Below are positions 30,120 through 40,972 of a stretch of 64,000 nucleotides of DNA, one piece after another. Under the pieces are notes generated by a model. The model had not been told where the DNA came from and searched no databases. It worked only from the letters and a program-made list of their open reading frames with translations. Made by a program: the position numbers and the translations under genes. The stretch comes from Fibrobacteria bacterium (lineage in GTDB: Bacteria > Fibrobacterota > Chitinivibrionia > Chitinivibrionales > FEN-1185): positions 64,001 through 128,000 of the forward strand of contig JBBIGR010000002.1 of NCBI GenBank assembly GCA_037447435.1. The letters are read 5' to 3'. Each line of letters opens with the position of its first letter. Positions within the stretch are counted from its first letter, which is position 1.

Positions 30120-30533
30120 ATGGAACAAAAGAATACAATACAAGTGGTTTGCGCCATAATTGAAAAAGACGGAAAAATTCTCGTTGCCAAGCGCAGAATT
30201 TCCCAATCCCAGGGCGGATTTTGGGAATTTCCCGGTGGGAAAATCAATGGGCAGGAAACGCCGGAACAAGCGGTTATTCGCGAAATACGGGAAGAACTCG
30301 GCATCGAAATACTTGTGGAAAAAAAGCTGGACCCCGTTTCCTATTCTTATCCCGGTAAAGAAGTCCTGCTTATTCCTTTTATTGCAGGTATTATCTCGGG
30401 TACGCCGTTTCCGCACGAACACGACGCCATCGATTGGATCACCCGCGCCGGTTCGGACGAGCTCAATTGGTTGCCGCCGGATATTGAAATCGCCGCTTCC
30501 TATTGGAAAGAAAAAGCGTATGCCGTGATTTAA
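30120..30533 (+). CDS. NUDIX hydrolase, MutT/NudG-like
   Basis: WEFPGGK...ETPEQAVIREIREELG Nudix box. Confidence 0.9.
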   Translation: MEQKNTIQVVCAIIEKDGKILVAKRRISQSQGGFWEFPGGKINGQETPEQAVIREIREELGIEILVEKKLDPVSYSYPGKEVLLIPFIAGIISGTPFPHEHDAIDWITRAGSDELNWLPPDIEIAASYWKEKAYAVI

Positions 30534-30650
30534 TTTTCCCTTACCGCATTCTCTCGTTGCATACTTGAAATAAGCTCGGCCCAATGATAGTATAAAAAAG
30601 ACCTCCTTTTCTCTGGAAATCGGGCATTCATTCAAGACACGGGCCATCCC

Positions 30651-31361
30651 ATGATGCTGCTTTACAAGACTTTAAAAAAACACGCCGTCGCTATTGCATG
30701 CGCTTTGTTTTTGCCCGGATGCATATTCGATTCGAACACCGGCGATTCCGTGTTGACCTGTTCCTATCTCGGCATCCAGCGGGACACCGTGTCGCCCGAG
30801 CCGACGCTGCGTTTCGCTTTTTCGTCTCCTCTTTCGTCAACATTGGATTTCGATTTTTCTCCGGCCATCGGGCAACAATATGCCATCACCTTCGATTCGG
30901 CGCACGACACGGCATCGCTTTCATTACTGGAACCGTTGCCGTCCGACACCCGGTACGTCCTGACTTTTCATTCTTCACTAATAGGAAAAGACGGGAGCAG
31001 GCTTGATCCCGGAAAAGACAGCGTCGTTTTCATAACCGGGCATGCCGAAACCGAACCCAACAACTCTCCAAGCCTTGCCGACACCCTGACCTCCTCGATA
31101 TATGGTTTTTTGTCAACGAGCCGGGACACGGATTACTACTGCGTTGTCGGCAGTCATGCCCGGTATTACTGTATTGCGTCCGAAAACACTCTGTTTTCGG
31201 TTTCCGACAGCGCACATAATCCCGTGCAAATCATCACTTCCGGAAGCGACGCCAGCGCGTTTTCAGTACCCGATTCGACGCGATATCCGATATTCGTGTG
31301 TTTTTATTCCTTGACAAAAGGTGTTGTCGAAAATTATAAATTCGGAATTTTGAAACAATAG
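30651..31361 (+). CDS. Hypothetical lipoprotein, likely with an Ig-like domain
   Basis: Lipobox LPGC; PLPSDTRYVLT; ETEPNNS...DTDYY. Confidence 0.65.
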   Translation: MMLLYKTLKKHAVAIACALFLPGCIFDSNTGDSVLTCSYLGIQRDTVSPEPTLRFAFSSPLSSTLDFDFSPAIGQQYAITFDSAHDTASLSLLEPLPSDTRYVLTFHSSLIGKDGSRLDPGKDSVVFITGHAETEPNNSPSLADTLTSSIYGFLSTSRDTDYYCVVGSHARYYCIASENTLFSVSDSAHNPVQIITSGSDASAFSVPDSTRYPIFVCFYSLTKGVVENYKFGILKQ

Positions 31362-31373
31362 CAGGGTGACCTT

Positions 31374-33080
31374 ATGGAATTCAGCAAATCGGATTTGGAA
31401 TTATTAAATGCAATAAAAGACAAATCTGCCGACCCGGCAAAACTGCGGGACGCAGGCACGTTGTATTGGAACGCCATTGAACAAGGGGTTGGCGATTGCC
31501 TGCGGAAAAAAAGCGACATCGCCGCCTTTTGCGACAAGGACCGCGATTTTATAGATTTTGGAATATCGGCCCATGTCTTGGACCGGCCCGTTGAAATACG
31601 GAAAAAAATCACTGACAATGTTCCGAAAGAAAGTTTCCTGTCCGTCCTCTATTTTTCAGACTGGATAAAACAGCTTTACGCTAAAATTATTCAAGGCGAC
31701 AAAAAAGAACTGCTGGAAAAGGAAATATCCTTCACGAACATCCAAATATCGCGGCTCGAAAAGGAAATTCTGGAACTGCAGCAGCAGCGCAAAGACGCCC
31801 TTTTGGCCGAGCAAGCGAAAACAACGGCAACCCGCCAAACTATAGACCAGAAAAGCGGCATCGATATATTGGAACAATACGATACGCTGCTTCGTCAGAA
31901 CCTGAAATTTAAAAAAGCAGTTTCCAAAGGTACTTTTTTTTCCGTTACCGACAAACGCAAACACTGCGAGCGGGAAAACACACTCAGCGCCCTCAAAGCA
32001 AAAGCAGAATCCTTTCTGGAATCGTATCAGCCAAAAGACCGCGCTACGGTCAAGGGTTTCTCGACCCAAATAGCCGACGATTTCGGAAAGATCACGGATT
32101 TCGACGACAATGTCGCGAAAATGCAGGCGGAAATCGGCGAACTTATCAAAAAGAAAGAGTCAATTTCGGCCATAGAAACCGATGCCCGTATCAGGCAGGA
32201 AATCGATTATATCCATGACCTTGTCAAGCTTGCGGCAAAGCGTTTGCACACCGAAAACTGCCCGATCATTCGGCCCGACGAAAGCTTTTTTACCGCAAGC
32301 ATCCTGCACGATTGCCTGAACCGTATCATGGAATTCGACCCGCAGGTTTTTCACAACGACCGCGTGGCTATTTTCGGAAAACCATCTGTTTTGCTCATTC
32401 CCGGAAACGGCAATACCTTGTACGACTGGAAAAACAACCTCATCATCGTCCCGATACTTCCCTTTGGCGGAAATTTCATGGCCTCCATCGCGACCGGGCT
32501 CATCGAATACCGTATCGATACCGACGAAGACAAACGCCTTACCTCGTCGTACAATCAACTTCCTCAGTACGTAAACGTACGGTCCATATTCCAGCTCCGC
32601 GCGAACTTGACAAAAGATTATATAACGTGGATGGTATCGGAATTCAAAGGGTATAAGAACCTTGCCAAAGAGGTGAGAAAATGGTTCGAACACGAAATAG
32701 CCCCCTCGAAAAACGATATTTACATTCCTCCGCAATACCATTCCTTTGTCATGGCTGCCGACGAATTCTCGAAAAACCTTGACTCTTGCGAGACCCGGCT
32801 GTCGTCGGGGCTTGCGACCGCCGCCGAAAACGACCTTTGGGTCGGAAGCATTTTGCATTACATGCGTGGAAATTTCGACCGCAGTATCGAATTGCTTAAA
32901 ACGCTTATCGTTAAAAACCCGAAACATGAAAAGGCTTTTTATAATTTGGGATATATATGTATGAAACTCATGTACAAACAGGATGCCCTGCATGCCTTTA
33001 CGGAGTATACGAAGTTGAACCCCCAAAGCTGGTATAGCGGCGTTGTCATGGATTTTACCCGAAAGCTTTCTGTAGGCTAA
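31374..33080 (+). CDS. Hypothetical protein with coiled coil and C-terminal TPRs
   Basis: 568-aa ORF with a heptad-rich region and TPR-like AFYNLGYI...ALHAFTEYTKLNP. Confidence 0.7.
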   Translation: MEFSKSDLELLNAIKDKSADPAKLRDAGTLYWNAIEQGVGDCLRKKSDIAAFCDKDRDFIDFGISAHVLDRPVEIRKKITDNVPKESFLSVLYFSDWIKQLYAKIIQGDKKELLEKEISFTNIQISRLEKEILELQQQRKDALLAEQAKTTATRQTIDQKSGIDILEQYDTLLRQNLKFKKAVSKGTFFSVTDKRKHCERENTLSALKAKAESFLESYQPKDRATVKGFSTQIADDFGKITDFDDNVAKMQAEIGELIKKKESISAIETDARIRQEIDYIHDLVKLAAKRLHTENCPIIRPDESFFTASILHDCLNRIMEFDPQVFHNDRVAIFGKPSVLLIPGNGNTLYDWKNNLIIVPILPFGGNFMASIATGLIEYRIDTDEDKRLTSSYNQLPQYVNVRSIFQLRANLTKDYITWMVSEFKGYKNLAKEVRKWFEHEIAPSKNDIYIPPQYHSFVMAADEFSKNLDSCETRLSSGLATAAENDLWVGSILHYMRGNFDRSIELLKTLIVKNPKHEKAFYNLGYICMKLMYKQDALHAFTEYTKLNPQSWYSGVVMDFTRKLSVG

Positions 33081-33140
33081 TTACGGCTCAATATTGACTC
33101 TGAGGCAAAACATAAGGTAACTTTCATCTCGCACTATTCT

Positions 33141-33177
33141 CAACAACCATCCGTTAGGCCTCAACGGATGGTTGTTG
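33141..33177. other. Perfect 15-bp inverted repeat (terminator or der leader hairpin)
   Basis: CAACAACCATCCGTT-aggcctc-AACGGATGGTTGTTG. Confidence 0.65.
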
Positions 33178-33234
33178 TTGTGATCTTACGCAAAATGCGT
33201 TGCTAATTTTTATTTAGATACTAAGGAATCTCTT

Positions 33235-34632
33235 TTGCTTCCAATCGTTTCCATTGTCGGACGCCCCAATGTGGGCAAGTCTTGTTTTTTCAACAGAATC
33301 CTGGGAAAACGGGTAGCCGTTGTCGATGACTATTCCGGAGTGACCCGGGACAGAAATTACCAGACCGCGCAATGGAATAAATGTGCGTTTTCCCTCGTCG
33401 ATACCGGCGGACTGATTGTCGGCACAAAAGATTCAATGGCAATGGACATCGAAAAACAGGTTGCCATCGCCTGCGATGAATCCGATGTGATTCTTTTCCT
33501 TGTAGACGCTAAAAACGGCATAACCGACATAGATCTTTCCATAGCTCAAAGACTCCGGAAGCTGCAACGGGGAAAAGTCATGCTGGTTATTAACAAATCA
33601 GAATCCAGGCAGGCGCAATACGATATCGGCAATTTCATGAAACTGGGACTCGGCGAAGGACATGCGGTTTCGGCCCTTCACGGCTCCGGCGTGGCGGATT
33701 TGCTCGACGAAGTATGCGTATATTTGAAACGGACGGTCGGCAAACGCGCCAAGCCCGACAATATTCCCGTCGACACCAGCATGCGCATCGCGATTGTCGG
33801 CCGGCCCAATGCCGGTAAATCCTCCTTAGTAAACAAGCTTTCGGGCGTGGACCGTATGATCGTTCGTCCCGAAGCAGGCACCACGCGCGATTCCATCGAT
33901 TCGCTTATCGAGTATAAAGGCACGCCGATATCGCTTATCGACACGGCCGGGCTCCGTAAAAAATCAAACGTCAAAATGGACCTCGAGTATTACTGCAACT
34001 TGCGCGCCATCGCCAGCATACAGCGATGCGACATTGCGGTGCTGCTCATCGATGCCGAACAAGGCCTCGGGGAACAAGACCTTAAAATCGTCAAACAAAT
34101 CGTCGATATGAGAAAAGGCATGATCGTCTGCTTTAACAAATGGGACTTGCTTAAAAAAGACCATTCGACCTTCGACGAAATCGTGTCGTATACGAAAAAG
34201 CAGTACCTGGAATTCCACCACGTCCCGGTGTTGTCGATTTCGGCAAAAACCGGACAGCGAATTACGTCGGTGCTCGATGCGGCGCTCGCGGTACACGCGA
34301 AAATGAAGACCCGCGTCGACGAAAAAGAACTGTGGGCCCAAATGCGGGAATGGATCGTGGTGCATCCGCATCCCGTGACCGCGAACAAACGCGTCGTCAT
34401 TAACGGATGTAAACAGGGCAATGCTCCCTATCCGTTGTTTCTGGTAAACGCGACGAACCCGCGTGTCGCCACTCCCGCGTACAAACGTTACTTTGCAAAT
34501 AAAATCTATGATTTATATGATTTTGACGGATGTCCCCTGGTTGTCGAGTTCATTCCGGCAAAACGGCAGGTCAATACCGGAAGCGGCCAGGGCGATCCTT
34601 CAGTGTTCTTAAAAGGAGAAGACGAGTCGTGA
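33235..34632 (+). CDS. der: Ribosome biogenesis GTPase Der (EngA)
   Basis: Two G-domains: GRPNVGKS/GVTRD/DTGG/NKSE and GRPNAGKS/GTTRD/DTAG/NKWD; TTG start after AAGGA. Confidence 0.96.
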   Translation: MLPIVSIVGRPNVGKSCFFNRILGKRVAVVDDYSGVTRDRNYQTAQWNKCAFSLVDTGGLIVGTKDSMAMDIEKQVAIACDESDVILFLVDAKNGITDIDLSIAQRLRKLQRGKVMLVINKSESRQAQYDIGNFMKLGLGEGHAVSALHGSGVADLLDEVCVYLKRTVGKRAKPDNIPVDTSMRIAIVGRPNAGKSSLVNKLSGVDRMIVRPEAGTTRDSIDSLIEYKGTPISLIDTAGLRKKSNVKMDLEYYCNLRAIASIQRCDIAVLLIDAEQGLGEQDLKIVKQIVDMRKGMIVCFNKWDLLKKDHSTFDEIVSYTKKQYLEFHHVPVLSISAKTGQRITSVLDAALAVHAKMKTRVDEKELWAQMREWIVVHPHPVTANKRVVINGCKQGNAPYPLFLVNATNPRVATPAYKRYFANKIYDLYDFDGCPLVVEFIPAKRQVNTGSGQGDPSVFLKGEDES

Positions 34633-35657
34633 ATATTACCATCCTTGGCGGAGGCAGTTGGGGCATCGCCCTGGCCGTATTGCTTTGTGGAAAAAATCAT
34701 TCCGTACGCATGTGGGAATTTTCCCCAAAAGACGCTGCTATGCTCCGCGAAAAACGCGAGCATGTATTGAAATTACCGGGCATCAAAATACCCCAGGACG
34801 TCATCATCACCAGCGATATCAAGGAAGCTATTGATTCTTCGGAATTCGTATTGTGCGTAGTACCGTCGCAAACTATGAGGAAAACCTGTAAAACCCTTGT
34901 CGCTTCGGTGGAAGCATCCACTTTGAACGCGGTCAAAGGATGGATCATCGCGTCCAAAGGAATCGAATGTACGACGCTTAAACTGATGACCGAAGTCCTT
35001 GTCGAGGAAATTCCCGGCCTGACCGGCGATAAACTCGTTGTCCTTTCCGGCCCTTCGCACGCCGAGGAAGTGTCCCGCAATATTCCCACAACCGTGGTCG
35101 CGGCTTCCGAAAGCCAGGAATTGGCTTCTCGAATTCAAAAGGAATGCTCGACCGACACGTTCAGGATTTATACCAACAACGATCCCCGCGGCGTGGAACT
35201 TGCCGCAAGCGTCAAGAACGTCATCGCCTTGGCGGCCGGGATTTGCGACGGACTTGGCCTGGGCGACAATACTAAGGGCGCCTTGCTCACCAGAGGCATG
35301 GCAGAAATCGTCCGGCTCGGCCATAAAATGGGCGCCGCGGAACAAACGTTTTTCGGGCTTGCCGGCGTGGGCGACTTGATCACCACCTGCATAAGTAAAC
35401 ATTCCCGCAATCGCAACATGGGAGAACTCATCGCTTCCGGCCTGACGCTCGAGCAGGCGCTCGGTAAAATGGTCATGGTCGCCGAAGGCGTCGAAACCGC
35501 AAAATCCGCGTACGCGCTCGCGCAACGGTATCAAATCGAAATGCCCATCACGACCGAGGTTTACAAAACATTGTTCGAGGGCAAACCGGTCAAGGAAGCG
35601 GTTCGCGATCTCATGATGCGCGAAAGCAAACCCGAACGCTGGGGACATGTTTCCTGA
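34629..35657 (+). CDS. gpsA: NAD(P)H-dependent glycerol-3-phosphate dehydrogenase
   Basis: GGGSWG, SKGIE, SGPSHAEEV, KNVIA, GVGDLITTC, SRNR; GTG start overlapping the der stop (GTGA). Confidence 0.96.
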   Translation: MNITILGGGSWGIALAVLLCGKNHSVRMWEFSPKDAAMLREKREHVLKLPGIKIPQDVIITSDIKEAIDSSEFVLCVVPSQTMRKTCKTLVASVEASTLNAVKGWIIASKGIECTTLKLMTEVLVEEIPGLTGDKLVVLSGPSHAEEVSRNIPTTVVAASESQELASRIQKECSTDTFRIYTNNDPRGVELAASVKNVIALAAGICDGLGLGDNTKGALLTRGMAEIVRLGHKMGAAEQTFFGLAGVGDLITTCISKHSRNRNMGELIASGLTLEQALGKMVMVAEGVETAKSAYALAQRYQIEMPITTEVYKTLFEGKPVKEAVRDLMMRESKPERWGHVS

Positions 35658-35768
35658 TTTTTACTCAATACCCTTTTGGGTGATATTGCTGCAGATTATA
35701 TTATAATAATGCTGCACATAAGCTAATTGTCATAACCAACCTAATGAAAAGCCTTTACGGTACATCGA

Positions 35769-36179
35769 ATGGCCGAGAATAAAAAGACATATTATTCAAT
35801 CAGCGAGGTTTGCACCAAAACCGGTTTGGAACCTCATGTCTTGCGGTATTGGGAAAGCGAATTTTCGCAGCTTCGCCCTAAAAAGAACCGTGCCGGCAAC
35901 AGGGCATACCGGGAAAAAGACATAGACATTATCCGCTATATCAAGTATTTGCTTTATCAGGAACAATTCACCATTCCTGGTGCAAAGAAAAAGCTTTTGG
36001 AGGCCCGCGATTACGAAATCCCGCACCAGATGCTGCTTCCTTTACAAATATTAACTCCGCCGCCTCCGGTCGTTGCGACACCCCAAACCGCGGCCGTTGT
36101 TCCCCCGTCTCAAAACGGCATCCTGCTTGAAATAAAAAGCGAATTACAGGCTTTGCTTGCCCATCTTTCGCGAAAATAA
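35769..36179 (+). CDS. MerR-family HTH transcriptional regulator
   Basis: YYSISEV...PHVLRYWESEF.QLRPKKNRAGNRAY...FTIPGAKKKL. Confidence 0.9.
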   Translation: MAENKKTYYSISEVCTKTGLEPHVLRYWESEFSQLRPKKNRAGNRAYREKDIDIIRYIKYLLYQEQFTIPGAKKKLLEARDYEIPHQMLLPLQILTPPPPVVATPQTAAVVPPSQNGILLEIKSELQALLAHLSRK

Positions 36180-36200
36180 TCTTTTCGGTCGCGTGAAAAA

Positions 36201-36231
36201 AAAACGCGTTCAATGATTATGAACGCGTTTT
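36201..36231. terminator. Bidirectional terminator between convergent genes
   Basis: AAAACGCGTTCA / TGAACGCGTTTT inverted repeat with A/T tracts. Confidence 0.75.
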
Positions 36232-36255
36232 CCCGTTTCTTTAAAATAAGCCTCG

Positions 36256-38319
36256 CTAGTTTTTTGCCTGCTTGCGTATTTTATACGAGCTTTCGACCAT
36301 ATTTTTCAACTGTTTGAAATCCTCGCTTGTCATGAATTTCTTCAGCATTTTTTCCGTTTTCTTGAATTCACCGTAAGCCGCCTCTATTTTATTGTCGCGA
36401 ATATAGCTGTTTATTATGTCAATCGATTCCTGCTCCGGCAACCTCGGTTTTGCCCGGGCGGGCTGTGCCTGCGGCTCGGCCGGCGCGGACGCCTGCGACT
36501 GTTCGGCGATTGCACTTTGAACGACCGATTGTTCAAGCACGTTGAAAACCTGGGCATCGACGAACTGGGCAATGAATTTTCTGTTTTGTTTGAATTTTTC
36601 CAAAGCCTCGTGCGACTGGTTCTTGTCCATAAGATCGTACAATTCCATAAGCTGTTCCTGCGCTTTTTTACGGTTGTCGTTCAGGCTTTGCAAATACGCC
36701 TGTGCATTCTTGGAAAGCACCGGAGGTTTTTCAGCTTGCCCTGCTTCCGGATGCGGTGTAGAGGCAATGACCACTTGCGGTCGGGGCGGTTCGGGCTGTT
36801 TTTCAGCTGCTACCGGTGCACTTTCCTTCCGCTTCTGCTGCTGTCGTTGTTCTTCCAAAGCAGCTCTCCGTTGTTCCTCGAGGGCGGCTTTTCCCTGTTT
36901 TTCCTGTTCAGCAAACGCAACGATACTGTCTTTGCGCATTTGCTCCCTTTGCGCAATAATCTGTTTCTGGCGGTCGTTGTTTTTAGATAAAACCCCGGGC
37001 TTTTGTTGTTCCGCAACCGCGGGTGCGCTTTCCCTCTGGGCCGGCTTTTCGGCAATCGCTTTATTTTGCTTTTCCTGCGCCGCAATCGCAGCCAGGCTGT
37101 CTTTACGCATTTGTTCCATTTGAACAAGAATCTGCTTTTGACGGTCATTATTTTGGCGCGCCAGCTGTTCCTGCTTTTGACGGTCTTTTTGCTGCATCTG
37201 TTCGGCAAGTTTCTGCGCCGTCGCAATGCTGTCCTGCCTTGCCTTTTCTTTTTGCGCTAGTTCCAGATCCCTGCGCTCCTCTTCTTTTCTTGCCTGTTTT
37301 TCCTGTTCCTTTTGCGCCTGCGTCAGTTTTTGCAGACGCTGTTTGTCCTGCTGCGCCAATTCCTCCTGCTTACGGAATGCGGCAACACTGTCTTTGCGCG
37401 CTTTTTCAGCAACGGCCATTTGCTGTTTCTGGCGTTCTTCTTCTATTTTAGCAAGACGCTGCTTTTCCTTTTCCTCGGCTTCCGCTTGCTTGCGCTGCTT
37501 TTCCTGTTCCGCCAGACGGATTTTTTCGTCCTCCTGCCGTTGTTTTTCCGCTTTTTCCTCGGCGACTTTCCGTTCCTTTTCCTCTTTTTCCAGGCGCGCT
37601 CTTTCAACTTTCTGCTTTTCTTCCATTTCCTTGCGGTTTTTCGCGTTTTCCACTGCCGAAATACTATCGGCATGCGCCTTGATGATTCGTTGCGCCGTGC
37701 GCATTATATACGGATCGATATTTTGGTCGAGCGGTTCATTGTTTTGCAGTGCTTTGACCGCGCGTTCTATTTGTTTGCGTTCCAGTGACTGTTGTACCTG
37801 GGGGGCTTCGTCGAGAATTTGCTTTTCAACGGCGTTGGCCCGTTTCTCCGACACGCCCATCATTTTCAACTCGTTTTGCAAATAGGCGAGCGCGGGTTCC
37901 ACTCCTTGATTGTGCAGAACGTCAATATTGACTTTTGCCAACGAATCCTCCTTCGCAGAGATCCGTTGCGAATAGCCGTCTATTTTCTGTTGGAACGTCG
38001 CGGCCTCATCCTTACCGATACCGGATTTCATCTGTTTCAATTTATGGTTCAACAACTCAATCTGGCTTCTTGCATTCGATAATTTGTTTTGAGACAGGAA
38101 TTCCTCGGTTTGCGTCATGTCTTTTTGCAGATTTGCCTTTTGTTTATTGATATCGACGTCGAACAATTTTTCCTCTGCCGCAGCAAGTCCCAGGTAATTG
38201 ATAAAGCCGCTCGTTGGTCCGACGATTTGCTCAACCAAAGATGCACCTGCGGTCACGATGAACACTGCCGCATATAACGCCGATTGCCGTAAAATCATTG
38301 TGCGTCGAAGATTTTTCAT
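36256..38319 (-). CDS. Hypothetical exported/membrane-anchored protein with a long E/K/Q-rich helical region
   Basis: RBS AGGAGGA before ATG 38319; N-terminal hydrophobic segment; internal repeats NNDRQKQI..QxEQMRKDS. Confidence 0.75.
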   Translation of the reverse strand: MKNLRRTMILRQSALYAAVFIVTAGASLVEQIVGPTSGFINYLGLAAAEEKLFDVDINKQKANLQKDMTQTEEFLSQNKLSNARSQIELLNHKLKQMKSGIGKDEAATFQQKIDGYSQRISAKEDSLAKVNIDVLHNQGVEPALAYLQNELKMMGVSEKRANAVEKQILDEAPQVQQSLERKQIERAVKALQNNEPLDQNIDPYIMRTAQRIIKAHADSISAVENAKNRKEMEEKQKVERARLEKEEKERKVAEEKAEKQRQEDEKIRLAEQEKQRKQAEAEEKEKQRLAKIEEERQKQQMAVAEKARKDSVAAFRKQEELAQQDKQRLQKLTQAQKEQEKQARKEEERRDLELAQKEKARQDSIATAQKLAEQMQQKDRQKQEQLARQNNDRQKQILVQMEQMRKDSLAAIAAQEKQNKAIAEKPAQRESAPAVAEQQKPGVLSKNNDRQKQIIAQREQMRKDSIVAFAEQEKQGKAALEEQRRAALEEQRQQQKRKESAPVAAEKQPEPPRPQVVIASTPHPEAGQAEKPPVLSKNAQAYLQSLNDNRKKAQEQLMELYDLMDKNQSHEALEKFKQNRKFIAQFVDAQVFNVLEQSVVQSAIAEQSQASAPAEPQAQPARAKPRLPEQESIDIINSYIRDNKIEAAYGEFKKTEKMLKKFMTSEDFKQLKNMVESSYKIRKQAKN

Positions 38320-38488
38320 CCGATAATTCCTCCTGAAAACAATCATAAGAAAAAGCGTCGGCTTATAATTTCTAAAAAACGTTGTATGGCAAACCGACGG
38401 TTTCGTCAGATTAAAATTCGCATTATTTTGGCAATAGGAAATATAACGTTTAACCGGTAAAATTTCCAAAAAGAATGAGGCCTTTTTC

Positions 38489-39466
38489 TCAAGCCCTTGT
38501 TTTGCGGGTTTTTCGTTGGAACAGCATAGGGCCAAGCGTTTGCAAAACCGTCGAAACCGACAAATAAGAATCTATGGCATAATACTGGTACCAACCGCAA
38601 TTACGCGTGCAGGTTGCCATCGCGCGACGGTATGCGGCGGCGCTTTCGCTTTTAAGCCAGCTGCAAAGATCTATAGTCGCAAGATCAGGCCCCTTGGTTC
38701 CCTGAATGTGGCACGGATAATACAAATTGCCGTCGGGGGCAATGATGACCGACGCGCTCGAACATTTTGCGCCTTTAAAGGCCTTAAAATAGCCCGCAGG
38801 CGTATGTATTGTCAGGGGATACATTTTCCGCAGCCGGGCCAATTCCTTTTCAAGTTCAGCGATATTCGGAAAAAAATCTTCTGTTTTGTCCATATGGGTT
38901 GCGGGGATAATCACGATATTTGCGCCGCAGGCGTGGCACGCACGTACTTTTTCCTCAAGTGCGTCAAGCGTTTGTTTTGTAACGACAACCTGCACCGACA
39001 CCTGGCTTTTTAACCGCGAAACAAGCTGCGGCAATGCATCATACAATTCACAATTGTCATGACCTTCGTCTATGGAAATATGAAAAAAATCAATGCATTT
39101 CCCGTATTGTTCCAACGGATACGATAAAATATTTTTAACGCTGGTGGTAAACAGAAGGTAAAATTTCCCCTTCGACCGCGCATACTGCAATAATTCGCCT
39201 ATATCATTCCGCAGCAGCGGTTCGCCGCCTTCAAAACTTACCATAAGCACCGGCGATCGTGAAAGATTGTCCAGAATGTCCTTAATGGCCGCTGTGGACA
39301 AATCCGGCACCGGGTCTTTTTTTACATTACAAAACGGGCATCCGAAATGACAGCGCGACGTGACTTTGAATGAGGCATAAAACGGAAAAACGGCTTTTCG
39401 GGCAACAATATTATAAATCAACCCTTTCAGGGTAGACCAATAGGTATTCAAAGATAACAGTCTCAT
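38489..39466 (-). CDS. Radical SAM protein with SPASM/twitch-like C-terminus
   Basis: CHFGCPFC, GGEPLLR, C...IAPDGNLYYPC, CTRNCGW; start trimmed to MRLLSL. Confidence 0.88.
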   Translation of the reverse strand: MRLLSLNTYWSTLKGLIYNIVARKAVFPFYASFKVTSRCHFGCPFCNVKKDPVPDLSTAAIKDILDNLSRSPVLMVSFEGGEPLLRNDIGELLQYARSKGKFYLLFTTSVKNILSYPLEQYGKCIDFFHISIDEGHDNCELYDALPQLVSRLKSQVSVQVVVTKQTLDALEEKVRACHACGANIVIIPATHMDKTEDFFPNIAELEKELARLRKMYPLTIHTPAGYFKAFKGAKCSSASVIIAPDGNLYYPCHIQGTKGPDLATIDLCSWLKSESAAAYRRAMATCTRNCGWYQYYAIDSYLSVSTVLQTLGPMLFQRKTRKTRA

Positions 39467-39518
39467 AGATTCGCCTTCAGGTACCGCAGGGCATCGTTTT
39501 TCGCAAACTAAAACCCGG

Positions 39519-40067
39519 CTATTCCAATTCCAATTTAACGCGCACGCAACCTTGCTTGCCCAACCCGATCGCCTTTGCCGCAACCAGGGACAAATCGATA
39601 ATATGGTTGCTGCCGAACGGTCCCCGATCATTGATCCGTACCACAACCTCTTTGGCATTGTCCAAATTGGTGACCCGCACTTTGGTGCCGAACGGCAACG
39701 TCCTGTGCGCAGCGGTAAATTTATTGATATCGAACCGCTCGCCGCTTGCCGTTTTTCTCCCGTGAAACTTCAACCCGTAATACACTGCCGTTCCTTCCTG
39801 GTAAAACGACGATTTTGCAGCGCCGGGAACGTTTTTTTGCGCAGGTTGATCGTTGTTTTGTTCGATATCCGTATCATCGTCGTCCGAACGGGCCGTATCT
39901 TTTACTTCGGGCAAGGCCTGCTGCCTGGGCGGCATTCCTTCCCCGGTTTTCTCGGCCGGCCCTGCCTCTTTTGTATTCTTATGGGTAAATTTAGGCGCGG
40001 GCGTGCATACGCAAAATAGCAAGCCCGCTGCCGTGCAGAAGCAAAACAATTCGGTTCGAAATCGCAT
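39519..40067 (-). CDS. rlpA: Septal ring lytic transglycosylase RlpA family lipoprotein
   Basis: [40 protein letters not shown] overlap with the pyrD stop. Confidence 0.9.
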   Translation of the reverse strand: MRFRTELFCFCTAAGLLFCVCTPAPKFTHKNTKEAGPAEKTGEGMPPRQQALPEVKDTARSDDDDTDIEQNNDQPAQKNVPGAAKSSFYQEGTAVYYGLKFHGRKTASGERFDINKFTAAHRTLPFGTKVRVTNLDNAKEVVVRINDRGPFGSNHIIDLSLVAAKAIGLGKQGCVRVKLELE

Positions 40068-40972
40068 TAGGGGACAAACCTGTGAAAATCGTTGATCGAG
40101 CCGAGTTTTTCCCGTTCGGCAAACTCGCAGATTTCTTTTAAGACCTTGGACACGGTTTGCGGATCGACAAAATTTGCCGTGCCTATTTGTACCGCGGAGG
40201 CACCGGCAAGCAGATATTCCAATGCATCGCGACCGCAACTGATGCCGCCCATACCGATGACCGGAATCGACACTGCACGATGCACCGCATAGGTGGCGGC
40301 AACTCCCACCGGCCGAATCGCCGGTCCGGAAAGACCGCCGGTTTTCATTTGCAACACGGTGCGTTTTGCCTCGACGTCTATTGCCATACCCACCAGGGTA
40401 TTGATGCATGAGACCGCATCGGCACCGCCCGATTCGGCCGCTTTCGCAACCACACGAATATCGGTGACATTGGGAGTCAGTTTGATGATAAGCGGTTTTC
40501 TCGTCCGGTTTCGGATGGTACGGGTAAGCTGCTCGACCAACACGGGATCGGTGCCGAAAGCAAGGCCGCCATGCTTGACATTAGGACAAGAGATGTTTAT
40601 TTCGTAGCCGAAAATCCCTTCGCATGTTTCAAGCCTGTCCACCACGCTTGCGTATTCGTCGATGCTGGAACCGGCGACATTGACGACAATGGAACAGGGC
40701 ATTTTCGCGCATGCAGGCATTTTTTCCTGTATGAACCGTTCGACGCCGACATTTGCCAGGCCGATTGAATTGAGGATACCGCTCGGCGTTTCGATGATGC
40801 GGGGAATATCGTTACCGCTTCTGGGCAGCATAGTGACCGCCTTGGTGTACAATGCGCCGATGTTCTTCAAATCAATAAGTTGCTCGTATTCGCTGCCGTA
40901 ACCGAAGGTTCCCGAAGCAACACCGACGGGGTTGGAAAGCGTTTTATTGCCGATTGCGACACTCAGATCCAT
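40067..40972 (-). CDS. pyrD: Dihydroorotate dehydrogenase B, catalytic subunit
   Basis: [45 protein letters not shown]. Confidence 0.95.
   Translation of the reverse strand: MDLSVAIGNKTLSNPVGVASGTFGYGSEYEQLIDLKNIGALYTKAVTMLPRSGNDIPRIIETPSGILNSIGLANVGVERFIQEKMPACAKMPCSIVVNVAGSSIDEYASVVDRLETCEGIFGYEINISCPNVKHGGLAFGTDPVLVEQLTRTIRNRTRKPLIIKLTPNVTDIRVVAKAAESGGADAVSCINTLVGMAIDVEAKRTVLQMKTGGLSGPAIRPVGVAATYAVHRAVSIPVIGMGGISCGRDALEYLLAGASAVQIGTANFVDPQTVSKVLKEICEFAEREKLGSINDFHRFVP

Noticed and set aside
39432..39440. Extra GTAGACCA match
   Set aside because: Isolated half-site inside the radical SAM CDS without the other elements; probably chance.
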